Origin: an uncultured Chloroflexia bacterium
GTDB lineage: Bacteria > Chloroflexota > Limnocylindria > Limnocylindrales > CSP1-4
DNA: 64,000 nt
Assembly (NCBI GenBank): GCA_963748625.1
Contig: CAVVJT010000002.1
Span: 128,001-192,000 of the forward strand
Direction of reading: 5' to 3'
Of this stretch, positions 58,990 to 64,000 are shown in pieces. The translations under genes and the position numbers were made by a program. Every line of letters starts with the position of its first letter. The first letter of the stretch is position 1. Under the pieces are notes generated by a model, which saw only the letters and a program-made list of their open reading frames with translations, was not told the origin of the DNA and searched no databases.

Positions 58990-59051
58990 GTACTTGCGCA
59001 AAGACGCAAGTACCGGCTACAGTTGCGACAGCACTTGCGCAAAGACGCAAG
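58990..59051 (+). promoter_or_regulatory. duplicated palindromic operator overlapping the trxA promoter
   Basis: GTACTTGCG-CAAAGA-CGCAAGTAC, with its 19-bp core repeated exactly 41 bp later; TTGCGC-N18-TACAGT promoter. Confidence 0.75.
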
Positions 59052-59090
59052 CAGCCACGACACAGCCGTCACCACAAGGGACCCGCCAGC

Positions 59091-59438
59091 ATGATCACCA
59101 ACGCCACCGACGACACCTTCGTCGAGCTCGTCATCGAGTCGCCCCGCCCCGTCGTCGTGGACTTCTGGGCAGCGTGGTGCGGCCCCTGCAAGATGGTCGC
59201 CCCCGAGATCGAGCGGCTTGCCGCCAAGTACGACGGCGCCGTGGATGTCGTGAAGGTCGACGTGGACGCCAACCCGGAGATCTCCGCTGCCCTGGGCATC
59301 CAGAGCATCCCCACCATCGCGTTCTTCCCGGGCGGCGAGCAGCAGCCGATGGGTGTCGTGGGCTTCCAGCCGGCCGAGTCGCTCGAGCAGGCGTTTGGCC
59401 TGGAGAAGTACCTCCTCGAGGCCGTCCTGGAGGTCTGA
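59091..59438 (+). CDS. trxA: thioredoxin
   Basis: VDFWAAWCGPCK and SIPT. Confidence 0.96.
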   Translation: MITNATDDTFVELVIESPRPVVVDFWAAWCGPCKMVAPEIERLAAKYDGAVDVVKVDVDANPEISAALGIQSIPTIAFFPGGEQQPMGVVGFQPAESLEQAFGLEKYLLEAVLEV

Positions 59439-59452
59439 TCGGGACGTCCGCC

Positions 59453-59605
59453 CTACGGCGAGACGACCACCCACTTCCCGTACCAGCGCGCCAGGCCATC
59501 GGGCTGCCAGCACTGGCGGAAGCCGTACCGCCCGCCCAGGTCGGCGAGTGCGATCGGCCGGTTGACCGGGTCGTCCGGCTTGCCGAGTGAGCCCGACACG
59601 ATCAC
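59453..59605 (-). CDS. possible small protein or gene remnant
   Basis: 50 codons with strongly GC3-biased usage (GKPDDPVNRP...WYGKWVVVSP); no recognisable family. Confidence 0.3.
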   Translation of the reverse strand: MIVSGSLGKPDDPVNRPIALADLGGRYGFRQCWQPDGLARWYGKWVVVSP

Positions 59606-59699
59606 GTGCGCGCGCCGTGGGGACCGTTTGCTGGCGGTCCTTCCGGGTGCTGCGACGCTGCACCCATCGCCGCAATGGAACTTGTGCGAGAGTGCCGGC

Positions 59700-60017
59700 A
59701 TGGCTGACATCGACATCGAGTACCTGTGGTTCGAGGCTGCCCGAACCACGGGCCCGCCCGGGACCTGCTTGTCGCGGTGATCGCGGATCTCGCCCCGGGC
59801 ACACCCATCCGCGAGATCGACGCCTCGAATGTGGAGGTGGCCCGGAACCACCGGGTTCCCGGGATCACCGACGATCCGGGTCAACGGCATGGACGTGGAC
59901 CCCGGATTCCGGGATGAGGGTGACTACACGCCCCGCTGCCGGGTGTTCCACACGTCCGCCGGGATCAGCGGCGTGCCCGAGCGCGCGTGGATCGAGGCCG
60001 CGGTCCGGGGCGCCTGA
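59700..60017 (+). CDS. small thioredoxin-fold protein (DF/DUF2703-like), two frameshifts
   Basis: Reconstructed IEYLWFE(G)CPNH...FPGSPTIRVNGMDVDP...CRVF...GVP. Confidence 0.75.
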
Positions 60018-60040
60018 TTCGAGCGGGGTCGTGGTACCGG

Positions 60041-60772
60041 TCAGCCGTCGAGGGGCGCCACCGCGAACAGGACTGCGAACTCCTTGCACCAGATCACCAC
60101 GCTGCGAGCCGCGGCGACATCGATTCCGGCCGGGATCGGCGTGTTGAAGCTGCCATCGGTCGCGCGGAGGCGCCCCAGCCTGACGGCGTCCTTCGTCCAG
60201 CCCTTGGGATCCGGCGAGAGGTAGACAAAGAGGTCGGGGCCGTTGCGGACGGAGAAGTCGTCGAACCGGAGCGTGTGGCTGCCGTCCGGCGCCACCGTCA
60301 GGGTCGCCCGGCCACGCCCGAAGTGGAAGTCGTCGGCGCCGGTGAACCTGCCGGTGCGGACGAGAGGCGCGGGAACGGGCGCGGGCGTCGCGGCGGGGGT
60401 TGGCGCAGACGATGGCGCGGGCGCGGTTGTGAGGCCGGCCCGCTGCGTCGGGGCGGCCGCCGCGGGGCTCGCTGACGGTGCAACGGTCGTCGCTGGGGAC
60501 GCGATGACGGCGACGGGCCCAGGTTCCACGAGCTCGGTGCGGATGAAGAGCGGTGAGCCGAGGTACCAGGCGGCCGGCGCGAGGACCACGACGACCGCCG
60601 CGACGAGCGCACCCGTGCGGAGCGGGTGCCGTCGTGCGGCGGCGAGCCACCCGCGCCGGGCGGCCACGACGACGAGCACGACAACAGCGACAGCGGCGAT
60701 GGCGGCGATCGCGAAGCGCCACGGATACAGGCTTGTGGCGGCGAACCGCTCGAGGTCTCCGAGGGACGGCAT
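60041..60772 (-). CDS. DM13 domain membrane-anchored protein
   Basis: WYLGSPLFI, H.GRG.A, NGPDLFVYLS and VVIWCKEFAVLF. Confidence 0.9.
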   Translation of the reverse strand: MPSLGDLERFAATSLYPWRFAIAAIAAVAVVVLVVVAARRGWLAAARRHPLRTGALVAAVVVVLAPAAWYLGSPLFIRTELVEPGPVAVIASPATTVAPSASPAAAAPTQRAGLTTAPAPSSAPTPAATPAPVPAPLVRTGRFTGADDFHFGRGRATLTVAPDGSHTLRFDDFSVRNGPDLFVYLSPDPKGWTKDAVRLGRLRATDGSFNTPIPAGIDVAAARSVVIWCKEFAVLFAVAPLDG

Positions 60773-60826
60773 GGCGTTGGCTCCGGGTGCGGGGTCGGCG
60801 TGGCTCCGGCAGGATCGCAGGCCCGT

Positions 60827-60842
60827 GTGACTATGCGATGAC
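60827..60842 (-). promoter_or_regulatory. OmpR-type direct repeat upstream of the DM13 gene
   Basis: GTCATCG-CATA-GTCAC; same motif at 62938-62953. Confidence 0.5.
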
Positions 60843-61094
60843 GATCGGTCCACTCTCGCGCGCCCTCAGCGACTGCCGCCCAGCGAACGCTGCGGCGCGT
60901 GGGTTGCGCAGATGCGTCGCGCGGCGGAAAGCGCGACACGCGGACGGGTGTTGCAGGTGTCGGATGCGGCCGGTAGCGGCAATTCAGCGCGTGGACGGCC
61001 TGCAGCGTTCGCGGGGCGGGAATTCGACTTGGGGGCGGGAATTCGACGTGGGGGCGGAAGCCGCGAACGAGCCGGAGGATGATGGTCCGGGTGC

Positions 61095-62153
61095 TCAGGC
61101 CGGCAGGCGGAACCAGAACGTCGTCGAGCCGGCATCCGACGCGGCGCCGACGCGCCCACCCGCCTGCTCCACGAGCTGCTTCACGATCGCCAGGCCGACG
61201 CCGGCGCCGCCGCGCGTCCGATCCCGCGACTTCTCCACCCGGTAGAACCGCTCCCACACAAGGGGCAGGTCATCCGGCGGGATGCCCGGGCCCGAGTTGG
61301 TGACCTGGACGGTCACCCCGTCTGGGCCGCGTGCTCCGGCGACCTGCACCCGGCCACCCGCGGGCGTGTAGCGCACCGCGTTCTGGAGCAGGTTCCCGAT
61401 GACCTGCGCCAGCTCGTCGGAGAGGCCGCGCACGACGAGCTGATCATCGAGCGCGACCGTCAGCACGATCGAGCGGCGCGCCAGCGCGGGTCCGACGAGG
61501 TCGGCCGCCCCCCGGACGATCGGCGCCAGGTCGACCGGGCCCGGCTGCGGGCGGATGCCCTCGGCGCCGGCCAGGATGTCCAGCGATGCGGCCAGGCGCG
61601 TCAGCCGGTCCACCTCCTCGCGGAGCGAGTCGAAGGTCGCCGGGTCCGGAGGCAGGACACCGTCCCGGAGCGCCTCCAGATAGCCCTGCAGGTTCGTGAG
61701 TGGCGTCCGCAGCTCGTGCGAGGCGTTGATGACGAACTCCCGGCGGATCGCGTCCTGCTCGGCAAGCCGCTCGGCCATGGTGTTGTAGGCCGCCGCAAGG
61801 GACTGCAGCTCGGCGGGCCCGTCCTCGGGAACCCTGACCGAGAGGTCACCGTCGGCGATCTGGCCGGCGGCCACGGCGAGACGCTCGATCGGGCGGGCGA
61901 GCCGCCGGGCGAGGATGGCCGCGAGGACGACGGCGACCGTCGCCGCGACCCCGGCCGCGACCAGCAGCACGATGGTCACGCTCTCATCGAACATGGCGCG
62001 GGCGTGGTCGGCGGTGTCACCAGCAGCCACCATCAGCGAGGCGAACAGGTCGCCGCCGACGCGGAGCACGCCGACAGCGACAATCGCGAGCGCCACTGCC
62101 GCCACGGCCAGTGACGCGAGGAGCATCCGGCTGCCGATGCCGCGGGACCTCAT
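61095..62153 (-). CDS. sensor histidine kinase (HAMP-HisKA-HATPase, BaeS-like)
   Basis: SHELRTPLT, NLLQNAVRY and GGAGVGLAIVK; two TM helices. Confidence 0.94.
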   Translation of the reverse strand: MRSRGIGSRMLLASLAVAAVALAIVAVGVLRVGGDLFASLMVAAGDTADHARAMFDESVTIVLLVAAGVAATVAVVLAAILARRLARPIERLAVAAGQIADGDLSVRVPEDGPAELQSLAAAYNTMAERLAEQDAIRREFVINASHELRTPLTNLQGYLEALRDGVLPPDPATFDSLREEVDRLTRLAASLDILAGAEGIRPQPGPVDLAPIVRGAADLVGPALARRSIVLTVALDDQLVVRGLSDELAQVIGNLLQNAVRYTPAGGRVQVAGARGPDGVTVQVTNSGPGIPPDDLPLVWERFYRVEKSRDRTRGGAGVGLAIVKQLVEQAGGRVGAASDAGSTTFWFRLPA

Positions 62154-62890
62154 GCGGACACGTCCCGGCGCTCGACCGGACCCGCTGCCCGGTAGCCGGC
62201 ACCGCGCACGGTGGCCACGTACCGCGGCACCTCGGGGTCGTCGCCGAGCTTCTCGCGGAGGCGCTTCACGTAGACGTCGATGGACCGGTCCGAGACGTCG
62301 CCATCGGTGTGCCCGTACAACCCGTCGAGCAGGCGGTCCCGGCTGAGCACGCGTCCATCGGCGTCGAGGAGCACGGCCAGGAGCCGCAGCTCCAGGCTGC
62401 TCAGCGCAACCTCGCGGTCGCCCACCATCACCCGGTGGCGCGCCACGTCCACCGTCATGTCGGCCAGGACGAAGACCGTCGTCGCTTCGGCCCCGGTCGG
62501 GCGCTCCGTCCGCCGCAGGATCGTGCGCACCCGTGCCACAAGCTCTGCAGGAGAGAACGGCTTGGGCAGGTAGTCGTCGGCGCCCTCGCTCAGGCCCAGG
62601 ACCCGGTCGCCGACCGCGCTGCGCGCGGACAGCACCAGGATCGGCACGTCGCCATCCTCCCGAGCCCGCCGGATCACCGTCATCCCGTCCACTTCGGGAA
62701 GCATCAGGTCGAGGACGACGAGCCTGGGTGCATGCTCCTCGATCGCGCGCAGCGCGGCCCGCCCGTCGCCGGCCGTGATGACGGGGTACCGCTCCCGCTC
62801 GAGGTACGTCCGCACGAGCGCGACGATCTTGGGATCGTCGTCGACGACGAGGATCGGAGCGGAGGGGCGGGGCGGCACAGACGGGATCAT
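62150..62890 (-). CDS. OmpR-family response regulator
   Basis: VVDDD, LDLMLP, GADDYLPKPF and TVRGAGY. Confidence 0.95.
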   Translation of the reverse strand: MIPSVPPRPSAPILVVDDDPKIVALVRTYLERERYPVITAGDGRAALRAIEEHAPRLVVLDLMLPEVDGMTVIRRAREDGDVPILVLSARSAVGDRVLGLSEGADDYLPKPFSPAELVARVRTILRRTERPTGAEATTVFVLADMTVDVARHRVMVGDREVALSSLELRLLAVLLDADGRVLSRDRLLDGLYGHTDGDVSDRSIDVYVKRLREKLGDDPEVPRYVATVRGAGYRAAGPVERRDVSA

Positions 62891-62907
62891 CGCCTGTCAG
62901 AGGATGG

Positions 62908-62953
62908 GTGACAACGATGACGGGCCTGTGACACCGGGTCATCGGCGTGTCGC
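62908..62953. promoter_or_regulatory. divergent OmpR-type direct-repeat sites
   Basis: GTCATCG-GCGT-GTCGC (plus) and GTCACAGGCCC-GTCAT (minus), both with an 11-bp period. Confidence 0.5.
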
Positions 62954-63035
62954 GACCCGCAGCCGAGACTCCGGCCAACCCGGCCCGACCGGGACGGCAC
63001 CACCGGCGCACGGCCGGTCACCTGGAGGTTCGGAC

Positions 63036-63452
63036 ATGCTCCGACGACTCACCGGCGCGGCAGCGGCGACCGCGCTCCTTCTCACCATCGGCGCGACCGC
63101 GGTGGCCGCGGGCGGCCCGCCGCACATCGGCTTCTACGTGGACGGCGCCACGTACCGGACGGTCGGAACCCCGACCGACTTCAGCGCGACCGGGGCCCCG
63201 GCACGCTCGTTCGACAGGATCTACGTCCTGGGCGGCGGGCTCATGAACGTGGCCGAGGCGAAGCCCGGTGACCGCGACTACAACGGCGGCCGCTGGATGG
63301 TGCTCCCGGTGACCTGGACGGCGGGCGCAACGCCCGTCCAGCTGACCAGCGCCGAGCAGGTGGACGCGTATGCCGCCGCAGGCATGCTGACGATCGCATC
63401 GGCGCCGGTGAAGCTCTTCGAGTGCCCCGTGATCCCCGTTCCGGGCCGCTGA
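63036..63452 (+). CDS. secreted hypothetical protein
   Basis: GGAGG RBS, signal peptide, PGDRDYNGGRW and FECPV. Confidence 0.8.
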   Translation: MLRRLTGAAAATALLLTIGATAVAAGGPPHIGFYVDGATYRTVGTPTDFSATGAPARSFDRIYVLGGGLMNVAEAKPGDRDYNGGRWMVLPVTWTAGATPVQLTSAEQVDAYAAAGMLTIASAPVKLFECPVIPVPGR

Positions 63453-63555
63453 ACCGCACGACGCTGCGCCGGGCCATCGCCTGGCGCAGCGTTCCGGCGT
63501 CAGGACGCCTCGGTCGCAACCGGATTGACAGTGACGCTCCCCTGACCCTCGACCG

Positions 63556-64000
63556 TCAGGCGTCCAGCAGGATCCGGCGCAGGACCCGGCCGGTGACCGA
63601 GCGCCGGTAGTCGGCAGTGGACCGGATGTCGTCGATCGGGGTGATCTCGAGCCTCCACGGCGGCCGCAGCCTCCGCGGCGAGGGCGGGCGACGGGACGCG
63701 GCCCTCGAGGACCGCCTCGATCGCGGGACCCGGATCGGTCGCTCGGCCACGGAACCCAGGGCGACGCGGACGTCGCGCCAGGGCCCGGACCCGACGCCCG
63801 GCCCGGCACCGGCATCCCTCGTCCTCGCGCCAGGCCACGGCGACCAGCACCTTCGCGATGGACAGCGCGCGCCGCGTGCCCACCTTGCGGAACCGCACCT
63901 GGCGGCCCGGCACCAGCGGGATCCGGATGGCGACCAGGAGCTCGCCCGGACCCGACGGCGGTCTGCCGGTAGCCGGTCCAGAACGCATCGGCCGGCACCG
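63556..64000 (-). CDS. FAD-binding subunit of xanthine/CO dehydrogenase family (3' part, frameshifted)
   Basis: FWTGYRQT, GELLVAIRIP, FRKVGTRRALSI and ITPIDDIRSTADYRR spread across frames. Confidence 0.85.
   Translation of the reverse strand, partial: GAGRCVLDRLPADRRRVRASSWSPSGSRWCRAARCGSARWARGARCPSRRCWSPWPGARTRDAGAGPGVGSGPWRDVRVALGSVAERPIRVPRSRRSSRAASRRPPSPRRLRPPWRLEITPIDDIRSTADYRRSVTGRVLRRILLDA

Noticed and set aside
58990-59051. Mini CRISPR array
   Set aside because: Only two 19-bp copies with a 22-bp gap, no cas genes, and it overlaps a promoter; an operator fits better
59700-60017. Selenoprotein (UGA recoding) in the DF-like gene
   Set aside because: The redox position is TGC (Cys); the breaks are indels, not in-frame TGA
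61095-63011. 638-aa hybrid kinase
   Set aside because: The kinase starts at ATG 62153, overlapping the regulator stop; the upstream part is an off-frame translation of the regulator gene

Overview
Very GC-rich bacterial chromosomal window. Gene content and style suggest Chloroflexota (Limnocylindria-like) or an actinobacterium; this is inference only. About 58 CDSs are supported, with no rRNA, tRNA, CRISPR array or transposase seen. Main blocks: (1) mixed membrane, hydrolase and secreted-protein genes (0-18.7 kb); (2) a five-gene heme-copper oxidase operon (19.0-23.8 kb, minus strand); (3) MscS, Vps62-like protein, ppk2, an ECF sigma/anti-sigma pair, DUF1269, SulP, ettA and a holin-phosphatase fusion (24-43 kb); (4) an L-rhamnose ABC-uptake and catabolic operon extended by a PHP protein, an aldolase/SrlD-like fusion and a SorE-like reductase (43.3-58.3 kb); (5) thioredoxin, DM13 and a two-component system (58.6-63.5 kb). 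The strongest novelty candidate is the oxidase. Its A2-type subunit I keeps the D-channel but lacks the K-channel lysine, and subunit II lacks the K-channel entry glutamate and carries a fused blue-copper domain. A second cupredoxin-like gene and DosR-like boxes accompany it. Also notable are a family of REPIN-like intergenic palindromes and several regulon motifs recoverable from the sequence. Many single-base frameshifts probably reflect long-read errors. Family assignments come from motif recognition, not database searches.
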